A stretch of DNA of 64,000 nucleotides from an uncultured Actinomycetes bacterium (GTDB taxonomy: Bacteria; Actinomycetota; UBA4738; HRBIN12). Location of the stretch: contig CAVZKD010000007.1 of the NCBI GenBank assembly GCA_963775735.1, forward strand, positions 2,177,239 through 2,241,238, given 5' to 3'. Below, piece by piece: positions 39,901-47,760 of the stretch; position 1 is the first letter of the stretch; every line of letters starts with the position of its first letter. A program made the translations under genes and the position numbers. The notes under the pieces are model-generated. The model was not told where the DNA came from and did no database searches. It worked only from the letters and a program-made list of their open reading frames with translations.

Positions 39901-41718
39901 GTCAGCATCGCCGACGTTGCGGAGGGCAACCCGTTGTTCGTCGAGGAGACCCTTCGCATGCTGATCGACGAAGGCACCCTTCAGCGCCGGAACGGGAGTT
40001 GGAGCGTCGTCGCGGACCTGTCAACCCTTTCGATCCCACCCACCATCCAGTCCCTGCTGACCGCTCGGGTCGACATGCTCGGCGAAGGTGAGCGCGACGT
40101 GATCGAACGGGCCTCGGTCGTCGGACGGGTCTTCTGGTGGGGAGCGGTCACCGAGCTCTCTCCCCCCGAGCATCGCGCTCACGTGGGCGGCTGGCTGCAG
40201 TCGCTCGTCCGGAAGGAACTGATCCGACCGGAGCACTCCGATCTGATGGAGGACGACGCGTACCGCTTCACCCACATCCTGGTCCGAGATGCGGCGTATG
40301 GGGGCGTCCCCAAGGCCCGTCGAGCCGAACTGCACGAGCGGTTCGCCCGCTGGCTCCAGGAGCAGAGTCGCGACCGCGCCGGTGAGTACGAGGAGATCGT
40401 CGGGTACCACCTCGAGCAGGCATGCCGGACGCTCCGCGAGCTCGGTCCCGTCAACGAGCACACCCGAGCGATGGGGTTGCAAGCCGCTGTGCCGCTCGCG
40501 TCGTCGGGCAGACGGGCCCTTGCTCGAGGTGACATGCCGGCCGCCGTCAACCTGCTGTCCCGGGCGACGTCGCTCACTCCGGCGGACGATCGGGACCGGA
40601 TGACGCTCTTGCCTGATCTTGCCTTCGCCCTCCTACAGACCGGCGACTTCAGCAGGATGCGTGAGGTGCTGACCGAATTGCAGCAGGCCGCGGGCGATGT
40701 CCTTCTCGGAGCTCACGCCCTCCTCCTTGACCTGTGGCTTCGGCTGTTCACCAATCCCGAAGGGTGGGCTGAGGAGGCGTCCCGGGAAGTGACCCGGGCG
40801 ATGTCGATCTTCGAAGATCACCACGACGACCGAGGCGTGGCACAGGGCTGGGCCCTGCTCGGCCTCTCTCGGATGATCGGGGGCCGATTCGCCGAGGCCG
40901 TGGAGGCGTGGGAGGAAGCGGCCGACCACGCCTCAACGGCCGGCGCCCACCGAGAGGAGCTCGAGAACCTGTCGTGGGTCCCCGTCGGGATCTGGTCGGG
41001 TCCGATGCCCGTGGACGAGGGCATCCGACGGTGTCAGGAGATCCTCGAGCGAGCCCAGGGAGATCGGAAGACGATGGCCGTCGCCCTCGCCATCTGCGGG
41101 AACCTCGAGGCGATGCGGTCACGGTTCGACGAGGCCCGGGAGCTGGGCGCGCGAGCTCGGTCGGTCATCCAGGAGGTCGCTCTGCCCGGGTGGATGGGCG
41201 CGCTCACGCAGATGTCCGGATGGACGGAGATCCTGGCAGGGGACCCGGCGACCGCCGAACGAGACCTCCGCTGGGGTGTCGAGACGCTTCGCGGGATCGG
41301 CGAGTTGACCTGGCTTTCGACCACGGCAGCGATCCTCGCTGAGGCCCTCTATGCACAGGGCCGGCTCGAGGAAGCCGAGGAGTTCGTGAAGGTGAGTCAC
41401 GAGACCGCCGGAAGCGAGGACATCTTCTCCCAGGTCCTGCTGAGAAGCGTCAGGGCGAAGGTGATGGCCCAGCTCGATCGGCCGGACGAGGCCGAGCTGC
41501 TCGCTCGGAAGGCGGTCGCCATCGCCACGTCGAGCGACTCCCTGCTCCTGCAAGCGGAGGCCTTCACCAGTCTCGCCCATGTCATGGGGGCGGCGGACCG
41601 GGCAGCAGAAGGCGAGGCGGCGTTGGCCGAAGCCCGGCGCGCGTGCGAGCAGAAGGGGAACGTGGCCGGGGCGGACCGAGCTCGGAGACTGTTCGAGGCG
41701 TCGCGGCGACCCACGTGA
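36910..41718 (+). CDS. 1602-aa multidomain regulator: SARP (OmpR-type wHTH + BTAD) + Ser/Thr protein kinase + class III cyclase + STAND/AAA_16 ATPase + TPR.
   Basis: SARP: MEFRILGTLEV...LWRGPAFADL...LMLALFRSGRQAQALSTYERAR. Kinase: GRGGMGVVYLA, HRDVKPANIL, DFG, APE. Cyclase: VVTVLFCDVVGST, EKFIGDAIMAVFG, GDAVNVAARLEQ. ATPase: Walker A GAAGVGKSRL, VVFDDIHWGEP, EGNPLFVEETL. A long TPR-like tail follows. There are no frame breaks. Confidence 0.9.
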   Translation: MEFRILGTLEVSTDEGPLPLGGPKQRLVLAHLIVRANAVVPADVLIDEVWGEEPPETSRGTLQSYVSHLRQLLGARLEGRQPGYVLHIHEGELDAASFEAKVKEAKVLVASEPANGAAAFADALELWRGPAFADLAEELSLRGEIARLEELRLAATEHRVAAELALGRHSTVVSELEALTVRYPLRERLWAHLMLALFRSGRQAQALSTYERARQVLASELGADPSPELQQLHRQILSQDPELRGPLAPAPTPAAPTAPTAPTSIARPPKEDLGPGVDFAAYRIEGIIGRGGMGVVYLAEHEGLRRKVALKLLAPPLAEDHRFQERFVRESRLAASIDHPNVIPIYEAGEADGRLYIAMRYVEGTNLGTLLREKGALDTIQASRIVGQVAAALDAAHEQGLVHRDVKPANILIARQRGTEAGTHAYLTDFGLTKRSASDSGVTGTGQFVGTLNYAAPEQFRGGTADARTDVYSLGCVLYECLSGHPPFRAENDAALMFAHLMEEPPALTAVRSDLPMDIDEVVATAMAKKPEDRFPSAGVFASRASAALSHPSDGSRTDRGEDLDSAPGSTGARKVVTVLFCDVVGSTDLGESLDPESLRRVMTRYFEAMKAVLDRHGGRVEKFIGDAIMAVFGVPVAHEDDAHRAVRAATEMREVQRRLNEEFQDAWGVRVTSRIGVNTGEVVTGDPATGGTFATGDAVNVAARLEQAAEPGEILVSEATYRLIRDLASAESIAPLAMKGKARPVAAWRLLEIAAGAAPRGAPGLDSPLVGREVELADLHASFQRAVEARTCEIVTVLGAAGVGKSRLISEFHRDLTGEVRVVRGRCLPYGEGITFWPLVGVLRESAGIGEMDSPEQAEAKFAVLLKAAKDSVLVRQRLTALLGISDVAPGMQETFWAVRKLFEELASREPLVVVFDDIHWGEPTFLDLLEYLVDWLQGVPVLLVCMARPDLLEVRAEWLSGKTNAVLIRLRPLAESETERLIRNLLGSTPAEGAVVSIADVAEGNPLFVEETLRMLIDEGTLQRRNGSWSVVADLSTLSIPPTIQSLLTARVDMLGEGERDVIERASVVGRVFWWGAVTELSPPEHRAHVGGWLQSLVRKELIRPEHSDLMEDDAYRFTHILVRDAAYGGVPKARRAELHERFARWLQEQSRDRAGEYEEIVGYHLEQACRTLRELGPVNEHTRAMGLQAAVPLASSGRRALARGDMPAAVNLLSRATSLTPADDRDRMTLLPDLAFALLQTGDFSRMREVLTELQQAAGDVLLGAHALLLDLWLRLFTNPEGWAEEASREVTRAMSIFEDHHDDRGVAQGWALLGLSRMIGGRFAEAVEAWEEAADHASTAGAHREELENLSWVPVGIWSGPMPVDEGIRRCQEILERAQGDRKTMAVALAICGNLEAMRSRFDEARELGARARSVIQEVALPGWMGALTQMSGWTEILAGDPATAERDLRWGVETLRGIGELTWLSTTAAILAEALYAQGRLEEAEEFVKVSHETAGSEDIFSQVLLRSVRAKVMAQLDRPDEAELLARKAVAIATSSDSLLLQAEAFTSLAHVMGAADRAAEGEAALAEARRACEQKGNVAGADRARRLFEASRRPT

Positions 41719-41774
41719 CCGTTGCCTGCCCAGAACGACCGGTCTTCCGGAGCGAGAACTGCGCGGAGCACCGC

Positions 41775-42461
41775 TCAGAGTGTGGATGCGCGACGCGAGC
41801 CGAGCGACGGACGGTCCGTGGGCTCGGCTGAAAGCCACCGCTGGAACGCCGCGCTCGCCGCCGGCCAGTCTGCGTCGGTCATCGCGAACCAGGCCGAATC
41901 GCGGTTCCGCCCCTTGACGATCATGTGATTGCGGAAGACCCCCTCGAACGTGAAGCCGAGCCGGAGCGCGGCGGCGCGTGAACGTTCGTTCAACGCGTCG
42001 CACTTCCATTCGGCACGGCGATGACCGAGCCGCTCGAACGCCTCGCGCAGCATCAGGAACGCGGATTCCGTGTTCGCCTCGGTCCGCTGGGCGGTCGGGG
42101 CGAACCAGATGTGGCCGAGCTCGAGCCGTCGATGTGTCGTGTCGACGTTCAGGAAGCTCACGATGCCGATCGGGCCGGTCGCCTGCCCGACGACCGTGAG
42201 GAACAACGGGTCCTCTGAACCCGAGGACTCCCGGAGCCAGCGACCCAGCTCTGCGGCACCGGCGAACGGGCCGTACGACAGATAGGTCCAGAGCCGGGTG
42301 GCCTCGTCGCTGCCGTCGTGCGCGGCGCGCCAGAGCGGTTCGGCGTCGGCGTCCGGATCGACCGGACGCAGCGTCACGAACCGGCCTTCGAGCGGCCGGC
42401 GTTCCGGACGGCGCGCGTCGGGACCCGCGACCGGTTCGCCGACCGGGAGCTCAGCAGCCAT
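41775..42461 (-). CDS. GNAT N-acetyltransferase (RimJ/RimL-like).
   Basis: Motifs are RFVTLRPVDPDADAEPLW, LELGHIWFAPTAQRTEANTES.. and WKCDALNERSRAAALRLGFTFEGVFRNHMIVKGRNRDSAWF. Confidence 0.85.
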   Translation of the reverse strand: MAAELPVGEPVAGPDARRPERRPLEGRFVTLRPVDPDADAEPLWRAAHDGSDEATRLWTYLSYGPFAGAAELGRWLRESSGSEDPLFLTVVGQATGPIGIVSFLNVDTTHRRLELGHIWFAPTAQRTEANTESAFLMLREAFERLGHRRAEWKCDALNERSRAAALRLGFTFEGVFRNHMIVKGRNRDSAWFAMTDADWPAASAAFQRWLSAEPTDRPSLGSRRASTL

Positions 42462-42810
42462 GCGCCGCAGTCTCGCACGGTTGCGCCGCACGCACGGGCC
42501 GGGAACGATCGGGTGTGCTGCCGGCGATCGGGCACTTCATGATAACCAGGCCGGCCCTGTGACGAGCAGCACCTAGACGGCGCCGACCCGGTGCATGAGC
42601 TTCGGTCAAATGTTTGCGCACGGCGCGCTGGTTGCGGCCGTCGAAGTCAGGTCCCGATACGACCTGACGAAAACCTGCTCCGCTCGAACCAGAACATCCG
42701 CCTGCCGCCTGATCCACCGATCGGGCTCGGCGCCGGATCTCTCTCCCGGCCGATTCATCCGTGCCCGGTGTGGGTATCACCCGGATGGTCGCCGACACGG
42801 GGAGGTCATC

Positions 42811-43218
42811 ATGACCCTGACCAGCACGATGAAGGGGTACGGCCGCACCGCCAGGTTCAAGGCCGAGGCGATGGGCCACCAGATGAAGGACCGGACGCTC
42901 GAGAAGCGGCTCGACCGGGCCAGCACCGAGGCCGAACGCCTCCGGTTCGAGAACGAGATCCTCCGGGACGAGGTGGAGGACACCCGGTCCGAGCACCGCC
43001 GGATCCTCGATTTGCTCGACGAGCGGCTGCCGGAGCAGTCGGAGGACGGGGAACACTCCCACAAGGGCCGCTGGTTCCTGTTCCTCGCCGCGGTTGCGGG
43101 TGCCGGCTACGCCGTCTATCGCCGCTTCCAGCGCGACGACGAAGAGTGGGACGCCGCGACCGACGTCGCCACCGGCGGGACCACACCCGGCAAGCGCCGT
43201 GACTCCGCCGTCGCGTAG
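42811..43218 (+). CDS. Hypothetical coiled-coil protein with a single TM segment.
   Basis: An SD (GGAGG) lies 5 nt before the ATG at 42811. A heptad-rich segment (LEKRLDRASTEAERLRFENEILRDEVEDTRSE) is followed by a TM segment (WFLFLAAVAGAGYAVY). Confidence 0.5.
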   Translation: MTLTSTMKGYGRTARFKAEAMGHQMKDRTLEKRLDRASTEAERLRFENEILRDEVEDTRSEHRRILDLLDERLPEQSEDGEHSHKGRWFLFLAAVAGAGYAVYRRFQRDDEEWDAATDVATGGTTPGKRRDSAVA

Positions 43219-43266
43219 CGGGATCGGACCTGCTCGGTCCCGCGACGGGGGTCTACGCTTCCGGAC

Positions 43267-44463
43267 GTGAAGTTCGCGCCGCACGATCTGGACTTCGTCG
43301 CCGACCCCTACCCGGCGTACGCGGAGCTCCGGGCGGAGGCGCCCATGCACCACGACGCGGCGACCGACCACTGGCTCGTGTCGCGGTTCGCCGACGTGAA
43401 CGTGCTGCTCCGCGATCGTCGGATGGGGCGCACGTACCTGCACCTGGCGACCCACGCCGAGATGGGGCACCCCGACCCGCCCGGGTGGCACGGGCCGTTC
43501 TGGGACCTGATCAACGCGGGGATCCTCGACATGGAGCCCCCCGACCACACGCGGGTCCGCCGGCTGGTCGCCAAGGCGTTCACGCCGCGCTTCGTCGAGG
43601 GCCTCCGGCCCCGGGTGCAGGCGATCATGGACGAGCTCGTCGACCAGGTGGACGGCACGGGCGAGTTCGACCTGATGCAGGTCGCCGAGCCCCTTCCGGT
43701 CACGGTGATCGCGGAGATGCTCGGTGTCCCGGATGCGGACCGCGCGCACCTGCGCCCGTGGTCCGCGGACATCACGAAGATGTACGAGCTCGACCCCTCC
43801 GTCGAGATGCAGCGGGACGCGGTCCGGGCGAGCACCGAGTTCTCCGAGTACCTGCGCGGGCTCGCACGTGAGCGCCGTCACGACGGCGGCGAGGACCTCA
43901 TCTCCCGCCTCGCGCGGGTCGTGGACGAGGGCGAGACCCTCGCCGAGGACGAGCTCGTCGGCACGTGCGTGCTGCTCCTGAACGCCGGTCACGAGGCGAC
44001 CGTGAACTCGACGCTGATCGGATGGTGGACGCTGTTCCGGCACCCCGACCAGCTGCAGCAGCTGCGCGAGGACCGATCCCTGCTCCCGAACGCGATCGAG
44101 GAGCTGCTGCGGTTCGACACTCCCCTCCAGATGTTCGAGCGGTGGGTGCTCGAGCCGTTCGAGCTGCACGGCGTCGAGGTACCGAGAGGTGCGGAGCTCG
44201 GACTCCTCTTCGGCTCCGCGAACCACGACCCCGAGGCGTTCGATCACCCCGACGCGCTCGTCCTGTCCCGCGAACCGAACCCCCATCTGACGTTCGGCGC
44301 GGGCATCCACTTCTGCCTGGGCGCGCCGCTCGGCCGCCAGGAGCTCCAGATCTCGTTCGCAACGCTGCTGGACCGCTTCCCGAACCTCGAGCTCGTCCGG
44401 GAGCCCACCTGGAAACCGAACTACGTCATCCGGGGCCTCGAGGGCTTGCGGGTGCGTCCGTAG
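43267..44463 (+). CDS. Cytochrome P450.
   Basis: The heme-thiolate loop FGAGIHFCLGAPL, the I-helix LLLNAGHEATV and the ExxR motif (EELLRF) are present. The ORF is 398 aa. Confidence 0.95.
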   Translation: MKFAPHDLDFVADPYPAYAELRAEAPMHHDAATDHWLVSRFADVNVLLRDRRMGRTYLHLATHAEMGHPDPPGWHGPFWDLINAGILDMEPPDHTRVRRLVAKAFTPRFVEGLRPRVQAIMDELVDQVDGTGEFDLMQVAEPLPVTVIAEMLGVPDADRAHLRPWSADITKMYELDPSVEMQRDAVRASTEFSEYLRGLARERRHDGGEDLISRLARVVDEGETLAEDELVGTCVLLLNAGHEATVNSTLIGWWTLFRHPDQLQQLREDRSLLPNAIEELLRFDTPLQMFERWVLEPFELHGVEVPRGAELGLLFGSANHDPEAFDHPDALVLSREPNPHLTFGAGIHFCLGAPLGRQELQISFATLLDRFPNLELVREPTWKPNYVIRGLEGLRVRP

Positions 44464-44649
44464 CGCGGCCTATACTCCGATCGACGGCGACTCCTCACGC
44501 CGAACCCGCGTCCCGGCGCCTACGCCGCCGGCTCGAGCGGGCAAAGGGGCTCCGCCTCGGGGTGCGTTTCGGGTCGGCCGCGATCCCGCGGATCGGCGAC
44601 GGTTGGAGCGTGGGTTCGCCGTCGCGCGGTCCCGAAGGGATGGGACGCG

Positions 44650-45312
44650 ATGACCGAGCAGAAGGCCCGCAAGCGCCAGGTCCGGACCCGGATGCAGAAG
44701 ACGGGCGAGCGATACACCGCCGCCCGCGGCAACGTCGTGAAACCAGCGCCCCTGCCACCTCGGGCCGCCGAACCTCCGTTCTCCGAAGCCGCGGTTCGCA
44801 AGGCGACCGGCAAACGTTGGGACGACTGGTTCCGCCTCCTCGACGCGTGGGGAGGGACCGGACACACACACACGGAGATCGCTCGGTACGTGAACGAGGA
44901 GCTCGGCGTCGACGGCTGGTGGGCGCAGAGCGTCACGGTCGGGTACGAGCGCGCGCGAGGGATGCGCGCGCCGCACCAGCGCCCCGATGGGTTCTCGGTC
45001 GACGTGTCGAAGACGTTCCCGGTCGACGCCGAGCGCCTATACCGGGCGTTCGCCGACGCTCGGCAGCGCAACCGCTGGATCGGGCGCGGAACCCTGACGC
45101 TCCGCGCGAGCACGCCCGCGAAGCGGGTCGCGCGGTTCGACTTCGGGACGAGCGCCGACGTCTCGCGCGTGATGGTCGGCATCACGCCGAAGGGACCCTC
45201 GAAGGCGAGCGCCGCCATCCGGCACGAGCGGCTCGGTGCGGCCGAGGAGGTCGAGACGATGCGGGCCTTCTGGAAGGAGCGGTTCCAAGACCTCTCGCAG
45301 ATCCTCTCGTAG
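44650..45312 (+). CDS. DUF4287-like N-domain + SRPBCC (AHSA1/START-like) domain protein.
   Basis: The N-domain reads WDDWFRLLDAWGGTGHTHTEIARYVNEELGVDGWWAQSVTVGYERARG. The C-domain reads FPVDAERLYRAFADA...WKERFQDL. Confidence 0.7.
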   Translation: MTEQKARKRQVRTRMQKTGERYTAARGNVVKPAPLPPRAAEPPFSEAAVRKATGKRWDDWFRLLDAWGGTGHTHTEIARYVNEELGVDGWWAQSVTVGYERARGMRAPHQRPDGFSVDVSKTFPVDAERLYRAFADARQRNRWIGRGTLTLRASTPAKRVARFDFGTSADVSRVMVGITPKGPSKASAAIRHERLGAAEEVETMRAFWKERFQDLSQILS

Positions 45313-45346
45313 AGACATCGGGCCGCATGGGTATCGAGGAGTCGTC

Positions 45347-46102
45347 GTGGGATACCAGGTCGAGGGCGGATGGCTCCGCCGAGTGAACGGTGTGGACGTC
45401 GAGCGGCGGCCGGTGCTGCATCTCGGGACCCACTGGCCGAGCGGCCACCCGATCGGGTACCTCTTCCACTACACGGCCGGGTGCGGTTCGGACCTGACGA
45501 ACGTGCTGAACAAGCGCGGCATCAGCGTCCATTTCTCGGTGGACCGGGAGGGCACGATCTACGAGTACGTCCCGATCTCGAACGTCGCCTTCCACGCGTT
45601 CGAGGCCTCGTTCGTGTACTGGGGCGTCGAGCACAACGCCCTTCCGGGCACATGCGACCTCACCGACGAGCAGCTCGAGGTGAGCACACGACTGACGGCC
45701 GGCCTGGTCGAGCTCACGGCCCACCGTTGGGGGTTCGAGATCCCGCTCCGGAAGACCCACGGCCCGAGCCTCGTGCCCGGATTCAAGGACCACGCCGACG
45801 GAACCACCACGACCTGGAACGACAACGGCCACACCGACCGGCTCTACCGCTGGTCCTGGCCCCGGTACCTCGACGCGGTTCAGGCCGTCCTGTCGGGGAA
45901 GGAGGAAGACGTGCTCTCACCGGAGGAGGAGGACGCGATCAGCTTCGCGCACGGGCAGCTGAAGTACCTCGAGGGAGGACCCTCTCCGGCCGAGCCGGGT
46001 CCCGGCCGGCGCGGATGGCGGTTCGCGAAGCGGATCTCCGAAGCGTTGGACCAGCCCGCCGAGACCGAGGTCTCGCCGATGACGGAGGAGCCACCGGAGT
46101 GA
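45347..46102 (+). CDS. N-acetylmuramoyl-L-alanine amidase-like (Amidase_2/PGRP fold) protein with an acidic C-terminal tail.
   Basis: An SD (GAGGAG) precedes the GTG at 45347. Motifs are FHYTAG, ISVHFSVDREGTIYEYV, AFHA, WGVEHN and GHTD. Confidence 0.7.
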   Translation: MGYQVEGGWLRRVNGVDVERRPVLHLGTHWPSGHPIGYLFHYTAGCGSDLTNVLNKRGISVHFSVDREGTIYEYVPISNVAFHAFEASFVYWGVEHNALPGTCDLTDEQLEVSTRLTAGLVELTAHRWGFEIPLRKTHGPSLVPGFKDHADGTTTTWNDNGHTDRLYRWSWPRYLDAVQAVLSGKEEDVLSPEEEDAISFAHGQLKYLEGGPSPAEPGPGRRGWRFAKRISEALDQPAETEVSPMTEEPPE

Positions 46103-46160
46103 CCCCCCTGAGCGAGCCTCGGAGCCGGCCTCGAGAGGCGACGGGCTATCCTCGTTCCTC

Positions 46161-47024
46161 ATGGGCTTGTACCGGCTCTCCGAGCCCGACGAACCGCTGT
46201 CGAGGCCGGCCATCGTCGCCGCGCTCGATGGCTGGATCGACGCCGCAGGTGCCTCGACCGCGGCGGCCGGCCGCCTCGCCGACGATGGCGAACCCATCGC
46301 GGCGTTCGACGCGGACCTGATCTTCGACTTCCGTTCGAGGCGTCCGGTGCTCGACATCATCGACGGGACCCTGAAGGAGCTCACGTGGCCCGAGCTCACG
46401 CTCCGACGTGCGCGGATCGGGGACCGCGACCTGTTGATCCTGACCGGCGCGGAGCCCGACTTCCGATGGGGAGAGCTCGGGCGCGACCTCGTGGAGCTCG
46501 CACGACGTTGGAGCGTGGTGGAGTGGGTCAGCCTCGGGTCGATCCCGACCGCGGTCCCCCACACCCGGCCGGTTCCCGTCCTCGCGACGGCTTCGCGTGC
46601 GGGCCTGCTCGTCGACGATGAGCAGCAGGGGCCGGCGGGACTCCTGCGGGTGCCGTCGGCCGCCCTCTCCACGCTCGAGCTCGCGGTCGCCGGTGCGGGG
46701 ATCCCTTCGGTCGGCTTCTACGCCCAGGTCCCGCACTACCTCGGCGGTCCGTACGCGGCCGCGTCGATCGCGATCCTCGAGTACGCGGGCCGGCACCTCG
46801 AGGTCGAGATCCCCCTGGGCCCACTGCCGGACGAGGCGATCGCCCAACGCCAGCGTCTGGATCAGATCGTGCAGGCCAACGACGAGTCGCGTGCGTACGT
46901 CGAGCAGCTCGAGTCGGTGGTCGACAACCAGGAGATGCCGACCGGCGACGAGCTGGTGAGCGAGATCGAACGGTTCCTCCAGGAGCGAGGGGATGGCGGC
47001 TCCGGCCAAGGCCCGCTCGCGTAG
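46161..47024 (+). CDS. PAC2 (proteasome assembly chaperone 2-like) family protein.
   Basis: The actinobacterial PAC2 pattern is present: PAIVAALDGWIDAAGA, FDFRSRRPV, LLILTGAEPDFRW and GFYAQVPHYL. Confidence 0.85.
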   Translation: MGLYRLSEPDEPLSRPAIVAALDGWIDAAGASTAAAGRLADDGEPIAAFDADLIFDFRSRRPVLDIIDGTLKELTWPELTLRRARIGDRDLLILTGAEPDFRWGELGRDLVELARRWSVVEWVSLGSIPTAVPHTRPVPVLATASRAGLLVDDEQQGPAGLLRVPSAALSTLELAVAGAGIPSVGFYAQVPHYLGGPYAAASIAILEYAGRHLEVEIPLGPLPDEAIAQRQRLDQIVQANDESRAYVEQLESVVDNQEMPTGDELVSEIERFLQERGDGGSGQGPLA

Positions 47025-47076
47025 GCCTCTGGAGGACCCGAGCCGTCGGGACGAGCCCGCCCGCTACCATGCCGGG

Positions 47077-47724
47077 ATGGAGAAGCCGCCCTCCGAACGC
47101 ACACGCGTTCGCCGAATCCCCGAACGCGGCGTCTACGACCGCGCAACGATCGACGCGATCTTGGACGAGGCGCTCATCTGTCACCTCGCGTACGTGATCG
47201 ACGGGGAGCCGCGGGTCACGCCGACGATCCACGCGCGGGCAGGCGACACGCTGTTCGTCCACGGATCGAACGCCAGCACGACCCTGCGGACCGCCAAGGA
47301 GGGCACGCCCGTGGCGGTCGAGGTCACGCTGCTCGACGGCCTCGTGCTCGCGCGAAGCGCGTTCCACCATTCGATGAACTACCGCTCGGTCGTCGTCTAC
47401 GGACGCGCGCGTGAGGTGAACGACCCGACCGAGAAGTGGGAGGCGCAGCGCGCCCTCGTCGAGCACGTGGTCCGGGGGCGAGCGGCCGACGCGCGGATGC
47501 CGAACGACCGCGAGCTGAACCAGACGACGATCCTGGCGATCCCGCTCGACGAGGCGTCGGCGAAGGTCCGCACCGGGCCGCCGAAGGACGAGGAGGAGGA
47601 CTACGCGCTGCCGGTGTGGGCCGGCGTGCTGCCGCTTCGAACGATCCCGGGCGAACCGGAGGCCGACCCGCTCCTCCCCGAAGGCATCCCGGCACCTACG
47701 TACGTGAACGAGTACCGCCGCTGA
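47077..47724 (+). CDS. Pyridoxamine-5'-phosphate-oxidase-like FMN-binding protein.
   Basis: Motifs are RRIPERGVYDRATIDAILDEALICHLAYVIDGEPRVTPT, FHHSMNYRSVVVYG and AKVRTGPP.D. Confidence 0.8.
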   Translation: MEKPPSERTRVRRIPERGVYDRATIDAILDEALICHLAYVIDGEPRVTPTIHARAGDTLFVHGSNASTTLRTAKEGTPVAVEVTLLDGLVLARSAFHHSMNYRSVVVYGRAREVNDPTEKWEAQRALVEHVVRGRAADARMPNDRELNQTTILAIPLDEASAKVRTGPPKDEEEDYALPVWAGVLPLRTIPGEPEADPLLPEGIPAPTYVNEYRR

Positions 47725-47760
47725 TCGAGCTCCGCACGCCCTCGTAGGCTCAGCGCATCG

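Noticed and set aside
42451-44310. A 619-aa minus-strand ORF.
   Set aside because: It is antisense to the cytochrome P450 gene, which has clear signatures. Its translation is Arg/Gly/Pro-rich with no motifs.
44650-46102. The amidase gene as evidence of a prophage or endolysin cassette.
   Set aside because: There are no integrase, capsid, terminase or holin genes and no att-like repeats nearby. The flanks are ordinary metabolic genes.
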